Assembly (NCBI GenBank): GCA_963744145.1
Contig: CAVUSO010000001.1
Coordinates: 6,752,001-6,816,000 of the forward strand
Reading direction: 5' to 3'
Source: an uncultured cyanobacterium
Lineage (GTDB): Bacteria > Cyanobacteriota > Cyanobacteriia > Cyanobacteriales > CAWUOF01
DNA length: 64,000 nt
The notes beneath the pieces are model-generated. The model had not been told where the DNA came from, made no database searches, and was given only the letters and a program-made list of their open reading frames with translations. A program made the translations under genes and the position numbers. Below, piece after piece: positions 9,504 through 20,200 of this stretch (position 1 is the first letter of the stretch; each line of letters opens with the position of its first letter).

Positions 9504-11591
9504 ATGCGTTACTGTTTTCATCCCCAGTGTGAAATGCCCCACCACCTTGATGGGACAGACTTTTGTCGGAGTTGTGGTACTAAACTCTTGCTCAAAGAGC
9601 GTTATCGAGCGATTAAACTACTGGGTGGGGGAGTTTTGGGTAGAACCTTTTTGGGTGTAGATGAAGACAAACCTTCTAAACCACTTTGTGTAATTAAGCA
9701 AATTTTTTTTCAACCCAATTTTAATTTTACTACAGAGCATCCTTTTCCAGCAAGCGAACAGCCTCAACCAGGATTGATAGAAAAGAACCATTACCACTCT
9801 GCTCAGGATCACCAAAACCTAGATTGGGAATTCTTTAATCACCTGACCATGAAGCTCGATGAACTAGGTCAACATCCTCAAATCCCCAATTTATTAGCAG
9901 CTTTTGGAGAAAATGGACATCAATATTTCGTCCAAGAATATATAGAAGGAAGAAATCTAGCGGAGGAATTAGGAGAAACTGGTGCTTTCACGGAAGTAAA
10001 AATTCGTCAGTTATTAAAAAGTTTACTACCTGTATTGCAGGTAATGCACGATCATCAGTTAATTCATCGGGATATAAAACCAGAAAATATCATTCGTCGT
10101 CGTTCCCATCAATCCCTGGTTAATAAAGGATATCTAGGGGATCTCAGTTTAGTGGATTTTGGTGCAGCGATATCAGTTGCCGATCGCTATTATAGTCTAA
10201 CCAACACAATCGTTGGTTCGGCTGAATATGCAGCTCCGGAACAGACTAAAGGACAAGCGGTGATTAGTAGCGATCTTTACAGTTTAGGGATCACTTGTAT
10301 CCATTTACTGACAGAACAGTCTCCTTTTACTCTCTTTGATCCTGAACAAGATTTATGGGTATGGCGATATTATTTAGATCAAGAACATAAGTGGAGATCG
10401 GGGAAAGCTCAAATTAGTGAGTCTTTAGCCAAAATCATTGATAAATTAATCGAAAAATCACCTAAAAAACGTTATCAATCTGCAACTGAGGTGATGAAAG
10501 ACCTAAATCATTGGATGATCTCTGCACCAGAGATTCCCCAAAAAACTAAATTAGCAGTAACCGCGCTAGGAGGAGCCGCGATCGCGATTTTCTTTGCTAC
10601 ACTTACTACCCATATCCAATATATTAATCCTATTCCCAAGACATCTTTTAATAGTCCAGAAATATATCTTTCCCAACCGAGTTCAACTGACTTGAGTTTT
10701 CCCCAGCACCAGCTCCAATTATGGCAAAATCTCACTGGAGTTAATGGTCCAGTTTGGTCTTTAGCAATTAGTCCAGATGGGAAAACTCTCGCGAGTGGTA
10801 GTTATAAAGATATTAAACTATGGCAATTAGGCAAAAATGAAACTAAAATGATTATTTCTGGACATACTGGTCCAGTTTGGTCGATCGCAATTAGTCCGAA
10901 TGGAAAACTGCTAGCTAGTGGGAGTGAAGATCACACAATCAAATTGTGGAATATCCAGAAAAGTCAATTATTAGCTACATTGAATGAACATTCAGCCGGA
11001 ATATTTGCGATCGCTTTTAGTCCTGATCATAATATTCTAGCTAGTGGGAGTGCGGATCAAACCATTAAACTTTGGAATGTCACGACCGGGGAATTAATTC
11101 GGACTTTGAGAGGTCACTCAGGTGAAGTTCAATCAGTAGCATTTAGTCCAGATGGCAAAATCTTAGCAAGTGGTAGCACTGATGGTACAGTAAAAGTGTG
11201 GAATTTGAGTAATGGTGAATTAATTCATACCTTAATTGGTCATACAGACGCAGTTTGGTCAGTTGCAATTAGTCCGGATGGGAAAACAATTGCGAGTGGG
11301 AGTTGGGATCATCAGATTAAGTTGTGGAATATTAATACAGGTAAACAGATTCAGACTCTGATTAGTCATACAGATAAAGTTCAATCAGTAACTTTTAGTC
11401 CAGATGGACATAGATTAGCTAGTGGTGATTTTGCTGGTACGATTAAACTTTGGGATTTAACGAACAATACCGCGATCGATAATATTAAAGCACATTCAGC
11501 TTTAGTACAGATGGTATTTAGTCAGGATGGTAAAGCGATCGCTAGTGGTAGTTTCGATCACACAATTAAAATCTGGAGAGTTTCTCCCTAG
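9504..11591 (+). CDS. Ser/Thr kinase with N-terminal 4-Cys motif, TM segment and 7 WD40 repeats
   Basis: HRDIKPEN, LVDFG, YAAPE; hydrophobic LAVTALGGAAIAIFFATL; GH..WD repeats. Confidence 0.93.
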   Translation: MRYCFHPQCEMPHHLDGTDFCRSCGTKLLLKERYRAIKLLGGGVLGRTFLGVDEDKPSKPLCVIKQIFFQPNFNFTTEHPFPASEQPQPGLIEKNHYHSAQDHQNLDWEFFNHLTMKLDELGQHPQIPNLLAAFGENGHQYFVQEYIEGRNLAEELGETGAFTEVKIRQLLKSLLPVLQVMHDHQLIHRDIKPENIIRRRSHQSLVNKGYLGDLSLVDFGAAISVADRYYSLTNTIVGSAEYAAPEQTKGQAVISSDLYSLGITCIHLLTEQSPFTLFDPEQDLWVWRYYLDQEHKWRSGKAQISESLAKIIDKLIEKSPKKRYQSATEVMKDLNHWMISAPEIPQKTKLAVTALGGAAIAIFFATLTTHIQYINPIPKTSFNSPEIYLSQPSSTDLSFPQHQLQLWQNLTGVNGPVWSLAISPDGKTLASGSYKDIKLWQLGKNETKMIISGHTGPVWSIAISPNGKLLASGSEDHTIKLWNIQKSQLLATLNEHSAGIFAIAFSPDHNILASGSADQTIKLWNVTTGELIRTLRGHSGEVQSVAFSPDGKILASGSTDGTVKVWNLSNGELIHTLIGHTDAVWSVAISPDGKTIASGSWDHQIKLWNINTGKQIQTLISHTDKVQSVTFSPDGHRLASGDFAGTIKLWDLTNNTAIDNIKAHSALVQMVFSQDGKAIASGSFDHTIKIWRVSP

Positions 11592-11673
11592 ATGCAAAAT
11601 TGAATTTTTCCCACCAGCAGTTTTTTCAGCTGATGGACTGATATTTATAGGAGTTTAACGGATCAGATTGAAA

Positions 11674-11796
11674 TAGACTTCTGGCAAAAGTCCTTATTGA
11701 GTAATTTATTGACAGGCAAGATGCCTGTCCCACAAGAGTTTTTTTGTTAGTGGGACAGGCATCTTGCCTGTCCTAGTTATTTTTGCAAGAAGTCTA
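11674..11796. mobile_element. MITE-like element: TAGACTTCT(G/T)GCAAAA ends around an inverted hairpin doublet
   Basis: 16-bp terminal inverted repeats with 1 mismatch; core GACAGGCAAGATGCCTGTCCCAC...GTGGGACAGGCATCTTGCCTGTC; partial copy at 30014-30110. Confidence 0.8.
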
Positions 11797-11808
11797 ATAT
11801 ATTAAATT

Positions 11809-12615
11809 TCAGTCTTCCTCAACTTCTATTCCAGCTTGACGCAATTTTGCCGCTAATCGCTCGGCTCGTTGACGTTCTTGTTCAGCCCGTTGACGTTCTT
11901 GTTCAGCCCGTTGACGTTCTTGTTCAGCTCGTTGACGTTCTTGTTCAGTGAATTCTTCTGACCATAATAACAATTCACCTGCCAGATTCCACCATCTCAA
12001 CCAATAGCCAGTTCTACCTTCATGGTATCCGTGCCAAACTCCTAAAAATAGGTCTAAACCTGGTATCCAATAACGTCCATTTTCATCAGGTTGTTTGATT
12101 TGGTAGTGTTCTCCTTCTAAGCTATAAACTTCTAAATAAGCTGTACTAGCTCGGAAAATCACATAAATCGGTACTTTCAGCACTTGCTCATAAAAAAACC
12201 ACTTTCCCACTCGTTGGGTAAATTCCACGGAATATTCCTCTCCATAAGTTGCGGAAAGAAATTCCATCACAATTTGGGGAATCGGTCCTTCTGTGTGGGG
12301 GGTGTAACTCCGACGCACTTCAGGGACATTTTGAGGTTTAACTGGTTTAACATAGAACCAGTCTGGTGCTTTACAGATTGTTCGTGGTTCCTCGTCTTCT
12401 GTTAATGGGAAACTAATTCCTGCACAGAGGGCTAGATTAGAAACTACTAAAGCATCTTGCATTAATTTGGGGATAGCAGCAAGAGCCTGTCGTAAAGCTG
12501 CAGCTAATAAGGGTTGGCTTTCGTCTTCTACGGGATCATCTGGTAGTTGAAAATCGGCTGGCAAAATCGGCCAGGTAATGATTAGTTCGGTCGAATTCGT
12601 TAATATAGCTGTCAT
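11809..12615 (-). CDS. Uma2 family putative endonuclease with EQERQRA coiled-coil repeats
   Basis: KAPDWFYV, VMEFLS, GKWFFYE, WLRWW; 21-bp tandem repeats at about 11860-11945. Confidence 0.9.
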   Translation of the reverse strand: MTAILTNSTELIITWPILPADFQLPDDPVEDESQPLLAAALRQALAAIPKLMQDALVVSNLALCAGISFPLTEDEEPRTICKAPDWFYVKPVKPQNVPEVRRSYTPHTEGPIPQIVMEFLSATYGEEYSVEFTQRVGKWFFYEQVLKVPIYVIFRASTAYLEVYSLEGEHYQIKQPDENGRYWIPGLDLFLGVWHGYHEGRTGYWLRWWNLAGELLLWSEEFTEQERQRAEQERQRAEQERQRAEQERQRAERLAAKLRQAGIEVEED

Positions 12616-12727
12616 AGATAATATATTATTTGGGTAAATCTAAATTTGCCAACACTTATTAAGCCCAATCCCTTGGCACAGATGAAGGGAAGAAGCTTAT
12701 AAGCCTAAATACTAGCGATCCTGGGTA

Positions 12728-12897
12728 ATAACAATTTAATGTGAAGTTGCACAAATCTAGATCCCCCTAAATCCCCCTTAAAAAGGGGGACTTTTAATTT
12801 TGGCTCCCCCTTAAAAAGGGGGACTTTTAATTCTGGCTCCCCCTTTTTAAGGGGGCTGGGGGGATCAATTCTATGCAGCTTCATCAAAAATTGGTAT
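12728..12897. mobile_element. MITE-like element: ATA(A/C)CAATT..TGAAG.TGCA ends with CCCCCTT-AAGGGGG palindrome cargo
   Basis: Imperfect TIRs ATAACAATTTAATGTGAAGTTGCA / TGCAGCTTCATCAAAAATTGGTAT; three internal palindromes. Confidence 0.75.
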
Positions 12898-13075
12898 AAA
12901 TTGTTGGCAGATCCGGTCTAAGATTATTACACAAAACTTGATTTCTTGTCAATCAGAGCTAGTTACTCTTCAATTTTAGTTACAAATACAACTAATTATC
13001 TCAGTTTACTTAAGTTTCTCATCGTCTTTCTAGGAAAGAATTAGGATATATTTAACTTCCTGAATCTTTTTCTGT

Positions 13076-15011
13076 ATGACCTATTGCCTCAATCCCGATT
13101 GCCAAAAGCCTGATCTTAACCCAGATATAATTAGGTTTTGCCAAAGTTGTGGCTCAAATTTGCTGCTCAAAGACCGTTATCGTGCGATCAAACTGATTGG
13201 TCAAGGTGGATTTGGCAGAACTTTCCTGGCGTTTGATCAAGATAAACCCTCTAAACCCTATTGTGTCATTAAACAATTTCTCTATCAAGGTGCTGGGGCA
13301 CAAAGAGCAGCTGAGTTATTTGAACAAGAAGCAGTTCGATTAGATGATTTAGGTAAACATGATCAAATTCCTGAGTTATTTGCTCATTGCTCGGTCGAGC
13401 ATCGTCAATATTTGGTGCAGGAATTTATTGATGGGGAAAATTTAGGGACTATTTTAGAAAATGAAGGTGCTTTTAGTGAAAAGAAAATTAAGCAGTTGTT
13501 GAATAGATTATTACCTGTTCTGGATTTTATCCATTCTCATCATGTTATTCATCGTGATATCAAACCAGAAAATATTATTCGTCGTGCCGATGGTCAACTG
13601 GTTTTAGTTGATTTTGGTGCAGCTAAACACGCTACTATCACTACTCTAGCAAAAACCGGAACTGTGATCGGTTCGGTTGAATATACCGCTCCTGAACAAT
13701 CTCGAGGTAAAGCCTTGTTTGCTAGTGATATTTATAGTTTAGGAGTAACTTGTATTCATCTGTTGACTCAAGTTCCTCCTTTTGATTTATTTAGTGATAG
13801 TGAAGATGTTTGGGTCTGGAGAAGTTATTTACCTAAGCCTTTACAAGATCGCCATCTTGGTGAAGTTTTAGATAAAATGCTCCAAAGAGCAACTAGCCGT
13901 CGTTATAATACTGCTAATGAGGTTTTGCAAGATTCTTCAGCCTCAATCTTTTGCTGTTAGTCGTATCCCATTAGTTCAGTCTTCGTTTCTTCCTTCTTCC
14001 CCGACTTCTAGGTTAGCCACATCAGGAATTTTTCCTCATGTTACTATTTTAGCACAACCCTGGAGATGTGTTCGGACTCTTCGAGGACATTCTAATTGGG
14101 TGTGGTCGATCGCGGTTAGTCCCGATGGACAGACTTTAGCTAGTGGTAGTCGGGATAAGACGATTAAAATTTGGCATATTGGGACTGGAAGGGATATTTT
14201 TACTCTGAATGGACATTCTAACTGGGTTTGGTCTGTATCGATGAGCCCGGATGGTCAAACTTTAGCTAGTGCTAGTGAAGATAAAACCATTAAAATTTGG
14301 CAAATTGGTTCTGCGGAAACAACCATCGCTCCACACCAAAATCAAAAAATTATTCCTAGTTCAGTTTTGTCTCCTCCATCTTTGTTATTTACTCTGAATG
14401 AACATTCTCGTTCTGTTTATTCGGTTTCGATCAGTGCAGATGGAAAAACTTTAGCTAGTGGTAGTGGTGATAAAACTATTAAAATTTGGCATTTGGGAAT
14501 ACCTCACTCGATTCAAACTCTCACTCGTCATTCTTTTTGGGTTCGTTCTGTGACTTTTAGTCCGGATGGGAACATTTTGGCTAGTGGTAGTTTGGATAAT
14601 GATCATACTATTCATTTGTGGCACCAGAATACTGGTAAATGGAGTCGGACTTTAATGGGACATCTAGGTTGGGTTCGTTGTTTAGCTTTTACTCCCGATG
14701 GTCAAATTTTAGCTAGTGGGAGTAGCGATCGCACGATTAAATTATGGCACTTAGATTCGGCTCAGGAAATTCGCACTCTACAAGGACATACGGATTTGGT
14801 TGGTGCGATCGCGTTTTCGACCGATGGACAGACTTTATTTAGTGGTAGTCGGGATGAAACGATTCGGGTCTGGGATCGAGAAACTGGTCAAGAAATTGGT
14901 ATTCTCAGAGGACACACTGGGGGAGTTAGCTCTCTAGCTCTTACTCCCGATGGGGAAACTTTAGTTAGTGCCAGTATTGACCATACCATTAAAATTTGGC
15001 GGTGCGATTAA
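13076..15011 (+). CDS. Ser/Thr kinase-WD40 protein split by a +1 frameshift near 13933
   Basis: Kinase ORF 13076-13960 and WD40 ORF 13917-15011 join as EVLQDLQPQS if one T is removed. Confidence 0.85.
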
Positions 15012-15051
15012 TTAATTTTAATTTTCTCTCACTAAATGCGGCTTTAGTTCC

Positions 15052-16536
15052 ATGAATGAGATTAATTTCTATTATGAAATTTTAGGACTGAATCCTGGAG
15101 CATCTTCTGCCCAAGTAAAGCAAGCTTACCGTAAACTTGCTAAGGTTTGGCATCCCGATCGCTTTCATAATGAACCTGATCTGAAACGGGAAGCAGAAGT
15201 AAAGATTAAACAAATTAATCAAGCTTATGAGTTTTTAAAAAATTATCAATCTCCCCCAGTTAATGGAGCTTCTTCTGTTAATATTTCTCCGACCTATTCC
15301 CGTTCAGCTCAAGATTATTATCAAGAAGGGTTGAGTTTTTTTAAGGATGGAAACTATCCAGAAGCGATCGAAGCTTTTACGAGGGCAATTAAAAGTAATG
15401 ATCATTATATTCAAGCCTATAAATATCGTGCGATCGTCTGTGATAAGTTAGGATACCATCATCGAGCAGATGCTGATTTTCGCAAAGCTTTAGAATTGGA
15501 ATTAATGCAGAAAATGGCAAATGCGAAAAATAAAACACCTCCAGCATCAAAGCAATCAAGTTCATCTTCTCCACCACCCCGATCAACCACACCTCCACCA
15601 CCAAAAACCGCCCCATCTGTACCGCCAAAATCAGAAATATCTTGGCAATATACTAATACTTTACCAGCTCATGCTGATTTAGTCGCCGCGATCGCGATTA
15701 GTCGAGATGGGAGAATTTTGGTTAGTAGTAGTTTCGATAAAACTATGAAAGTATGGAATATGCGAACAGGTCAATTAATGTTTACCTTGTCAGGACATTC
15801 TGACCGAGTGCGTTGTATTGCAATTAACCGGACTGGGATGTATCTTGCAAGTGGGAGTGCAGATAAAACGATTAAACTTTGGCACTTAAACACTGGGAAA
15901 GAAATTCGGACTTTTGGAAATTGGTTTTCTGGACATACGGATGAAGTTTTGGCACTTGGATTTAATCCAGATGGACAAACATTATTGAGTGGAAGTGCAG
16001 ATAAAACCATTAAATTATGGCAGGTTCATAGTGGAAAGGAAATATATAATCTCTCCGAAAATTTAGCACCCGTATTAGCGATCGCGATTAGTCCAGATGG
16101 TAAAAGTTTTGTGAGTGGGGGGTTAGAAAAAGCTTTAAAAATTAGACAAATTAGTGATGGTAAATTAATCCGGGCGATCGCGAATAATTCTTCCTATATC
16201 CTCAGTTTAGCTGTGAGTCCCGATGGGCAAATTTTAGCGACTAGCAGTTTAACTGAAATTAAACTCTGGCAAGTAGCTACAGGTCAAGAAATTTGTACCC
16301 TTAGTGGTCATTCAGATTTGGTACATTCGATCGCGTTTAGTCCTAATGGCCAAATTTTAGCTAGTGGCAGTTTTGATCATAATATTAAACTATGGCAACT
16401 AAGCACAGCTAAAGAAATTGCCACTTTAGCTGGATATTTAGGGAAAGTTTATTCAGTTGCTTTTACTCCGGATGGAAAAACTGTAGTTAGTGGAATTCAA
16501 GACGGAAGTATTAAAATTTGGCGACTGGGCAGTTAA
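15052..16536 (+). CDS. DnaJ-domain / TPR / WD40 protein
   Basis: YYEILGL...WHPDRF J-domain, TPR, Pro-rich linker, 7 WD40 repeats. Confidence 0.92.
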   Translation: MNEINFYYEILGLNPGASSAQVKQAYRKLAKVWHPDRFHNEPDLKREAEVKIKQINQAYEFLKNYQSPPVNGASSVNISPTYSRSAQDYYQEGLSFFKDGNYPEAIEAFTRAIKSNDHYIQAYKYRAIVCDKLGYHHRADADFRKALELELMQKMANAKNKTPPASKQSSSSSPPPRSTTPPPPKTAPSVPPKSEISWQYTNTLPAHADLVAAIAISRDGRILVSSSFDKTMKVWNMRTGQLMFTLSGHSDRVRCIAINRTGMYLASGSADKTIKLWHLNTGKEIRTFGNWFSGHTDEVLALGFNPDGQTLLSGSADKTIKLWQVHSGKEIYNLSENLAPVLAIAISPDGKSFVSGGLEKALKIRQISDGKLIRAIANNSSYILSLAVSPDGQILATSSLTEIKLWQVATGQEICTLSGHSDLVHSIAFSPNGQILASGSFDHNIKLWQLSTAKEIATLAGYLGKVYSVAFTPDGKTVVSGIQDGSIKIWRLGS

Positions 16537-16561
16537 TGTTTTGAGAGTAAAATCTGAATGA

Positions 16562-16956
16562 TACAGCCTACTCCAGGTTTATGAAGTTCATCAAGTTGAT
16601 CTGTGGGGCAGGGCGGGTTCATTAATACCTCGACTGCGCTCGGCACAAGGGTTATTTGTGTGTGGCAAGTTCATCGGTAACCCTACAGAGATTCACCAAA
16701 AAATCGATCAGGATTAGAGGATTACAAGATTAACAAGATTTGTAGGGGCAGGTGAATGAATTTATGATCACAATCAACCGGGATTTGTAGGGGCAGGTTC
16801 ACCAATCAATTCTGCTCCAAACCGATCACGGACAGGCAAGATGCCTGTCCCACTCATAAACCTGCCCAACCAACACAGATCACTCACAAGCGACTTTAAC
16901 CGATCGCCATTCATGCTAAATCTTACTGTACTTCATCAACCACCGAATCCGCTGTA
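16562..16956. mobile_element. Composite MITE-like element, copy 1 (TACAGC...GCTGTA ends)
   Basis: Closely similar to 58573-58927; contains GTAG-type REP hairpins and two extra ~24-bp insertions. Confidence 0.85.
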
Positions 16957-16971
16957 ATTTTAATTGCAATT

Positions 16972-17242
16972 ATGAGCTATTGTCTAAATCTAGATTGTCA
17001 ACAGAAGGTGTTTTTGATCAAAACAAATTCGAGATTTACTCAATAGTTTACTACCTGTGCTAGAGTTTCTCCATTCTCATCAAGTTATTCATCGGGATAT
17101 TAAACCAGAAAATATTCTTCGTCGTGCTGATGGAATTATCAAAATTTGGAATTTAGCAACTCAAGTAGAAATTTATACAATATCAGCCCACACTGGTGGT
17201 ACTAATGGGTTAGCGATCGCTTCTAATCATCTCATCCTATAA
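16972..17242 (+). pseudogene. Internally deleted Ser/Thr kinase-WD40 gene remnant
   Basis: Fused fragments MSYCLNLDCQ / LLPVLEFLHSHQVIHRDIKPENILRRADG / IIKIWNL..SAHTGG. Confidence 0.85.
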
Positions 17243-17299
17243 TATTGCTTCAACTCAGAATTACTGCTCACAATTAAGATGTGTTTAAGGTAATTTAGA

Positions 17300-20200
17300 T
17301 TAATTCTTCTTGATGCTGATATCGTCGCAAATATGTCTGTCACTTTCATTTACACCAGAATCAGGATTGTGCAAATAAGCGGATAACCATTCACAACCTC
17401 GTCCTAAAAGATAGTTTAAACCAAATTCTAACTTCCATAGTTTGATCGTCTTGTCTCCACTACCAGAGGCCAAGGTATGACCATCAGGGCTAAAACTTAC
17501 GCTACTGACCGCATTACTATGGCCAGAGAGAGTGCGAAGTTCCTGCCCTGTCTTGACATCCCATAGTTTGATCGTCTTGTCCCAACTACCAGAGGCCAAG
17601 TTTTTACCATCGGGGCTGAACCTTACGCTATGGACCGGATCTCTATGGCTAGAGAGAGTGCGAAGTTCCTGCCCTGTCTTGACATCCCATAGTTTGATCA
17701 TCTTGTCAAAACTACCAGAGGCCAAGGTATGACCATCGGGGCTGAAACTTACGCTAATGACCCCATCACTATGGCCTTCGAGAGTGCGAAGTTCTTTCCC
17801 TGTCTTGACATCCCATAGTTTGATCGTCTTGTCAAAACTACCAGAGGCCAAGGTATGGCCATCGGGGCTGAAACTTACGCTAATGACCCCATTATTATGG
17901 CCTTTGAGAGTGCGAAGTTCTTTCCCTGTCTTGACATCCCATAGTTTGATCGTCTTGTCATCACTACCAGAGGCCAAGGTTTGACCATCGGGGCTGAAAC
18001 TTACGCTAATGACCCCATTATTATGGCCTTTGAGAGTGCGAAGTTCTTTCCCTGTCTTGACATCCCATAGTTTGATCGTCTTGTCATCACTACCAGAGGC
18101 CAAGGTTTGACCATCGGGGCTGAAACTTACGCTAAAGACAAAAGAACTATGGCCTTTGAGAGTGCGAAGTTCTTTCCCTGTCTTGACATCCCATAGTTTG
18201 ATCGTCTTGTCAAAACTACCAGAGGCCAAGGTTTGACCATCGGGGCTGAAACTTACGCTATTGACCCCACGACTATGGCCAGAGAGAGTGCCAAGTTCCT
18301 GCTCTGTCTTGACATCCCATAGTTTGATCGTCTTGTCCGAACTACCAGAGGCCAAGGTATGACCATCGGGGCTAAAACTTACGCTAATGACCCCATCACT
18401 ATGGCCAGAGAGAGTGCCAAGTTCCTGCTCTGTCTTGACATCCCATAGTTTGATCGTCTTGTCCGAACTACCAGAGGCCAAGGTATGACCATCGGGGCTA
18501 AAACTTACGCTAATGACCCCATCACTATGGCCAGAGAGAGTACGAAGTTCTTTCCCTGTCTTGACATCCCATAGTTTGATCGTCTTGTCCTTACTACCAG
18601 AGGCCAAGTTTTTACCATCGGGGCTAAAACTTACGCTAATGACCCCATCACTATGGCCAGAGAGAGTACGAAGTTCTTTCCCTGTCTTGACATCCCATAG
18701 TTTGATCGTCTTGTCCTTACTACCAGAGGCCAAGGTATGACCATTGGGGCTGAAACTTACGCTAATGACCCCATCACTATGGCCTTTGAGAGTGCGAAGT
18801 TCTTTCCCTGTCTTGACATCCCATAGTTTGATCGTCTTGTCCTTACTACCAGATGCCAAAGTATGACCATCGGGGCTGAAACTTACGCTAATGACCCCAT
18901 CACTATGGCCTTTGAGAGTGCGAAGTTCTTTCCCTGTCTTGACATCCCATAGTTTGATCGTCTTGTCCTTACTACCAGAGGCCAAGATTTGACCATCGGA
19001 GCTAAAACTTACGCTGCTGACCCCATCACCATGGCCAGAGAGAGTGCGAAGTTCTTTCCCTGTCTTGACATCCCATAGTTTGATCGTCTTGTCCTTACTA
19101 CCAGAGGCCAAGATTTGACCATCGGAGCTGAAACTTACGCTATGGACAAAAGAACTATGTTTTACCAAACGGTTGTGTTCCTTAACATCAAAAATTGAGA
19201 TTCCCAAAGCTGCTGTCACCGCTATTTCAGATATATTTTCTTTTTGCATAGTTTTGCCGGCCTTAATCGCGGTAATTAAAGCATCAAATTTTTCGTCCCT
19301 TGGATATAATAGGGATAAAGCATATTCTCCCTGAGCTTTAATTCCAATAAGTTTAGCGTTTCTATCACTATCTAAAGCAATTTTGATAGCGATCGCAGCG
19401 ATGGCTACTAATAATGTCATTATCCCCAGCATCAGCCTTAACACGAGCAGTCCCCGTTTTTTCTGTTTTTCAACAGCATCGAACGCACGACTAGACTCAA
19501 TAAACTTAGTTTGTAACTCTGTTATCGGCGGTTGCTTTTTATACTTACTTGCTTTCTGAAACCAGTCATCTGCGATCGCAAACTCACTACCTCTGAGCAG
19601 CAAATCATTATTTTGATCTTGGTTTTCCCATTCGATCGCCCGACGCAGCCATTTAGTATGACTTTGAATATATTCTCGGTCAGTATCTAAAGTTTTTAAC
19701 AACTGATTAACATTAGCATAAAATTCCCCTTCCTTTTGCCGAAAATCAATCCACTGAACCTTAGCTAACTCAGGATGTAATTCAGTAGTATTGACATCTT
19801 GATGCAATACCGTAATAAACCGTTTATTAAGTTTAGCTGCATATTCAACCTCATCAGCACAGAAAGGAGAATTAATAGAACGTGGTGACAAAATAAACAG
19901 AAAATTGTCAGCACTCTCAATTCCCAGATAAATCTCTTTCTGAAAATCTGCCCCTGAAGCGATACTCTCTTGGTCAAACCAAGTTGTCTTTCCGCGTACT
20001 TGCAACTCATCATTTAAGACACGGGCTAGATCCGAATCAGATCTGGAATAAGAAATAAATACATCTAGAGATGCAGCAGGAGGTTGGTGCAAACTCGCAT
20101 CAATAAACTCCTTCTGTAAAGTAGTAGGCTGATGTAGAGTTTTCTGTTCTGCCCCCTCTAACCAAATTTTAGCATGGCGCAAATTATAACCCCGCAATAG

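Noticed and set aside
12705..12887. 60-aa ORF with VPLFKG repeats
   Set aside because: Translation of the palindromic MITE, not a credible gene
17432..19160. CRISPR array or DGR variable region
   Set aside because: The repeats are contiguous in-frame 126-bp coding units without spacers. Variation is not confined to adenines, and there is no reverse transcriptase or cas gene in the window.
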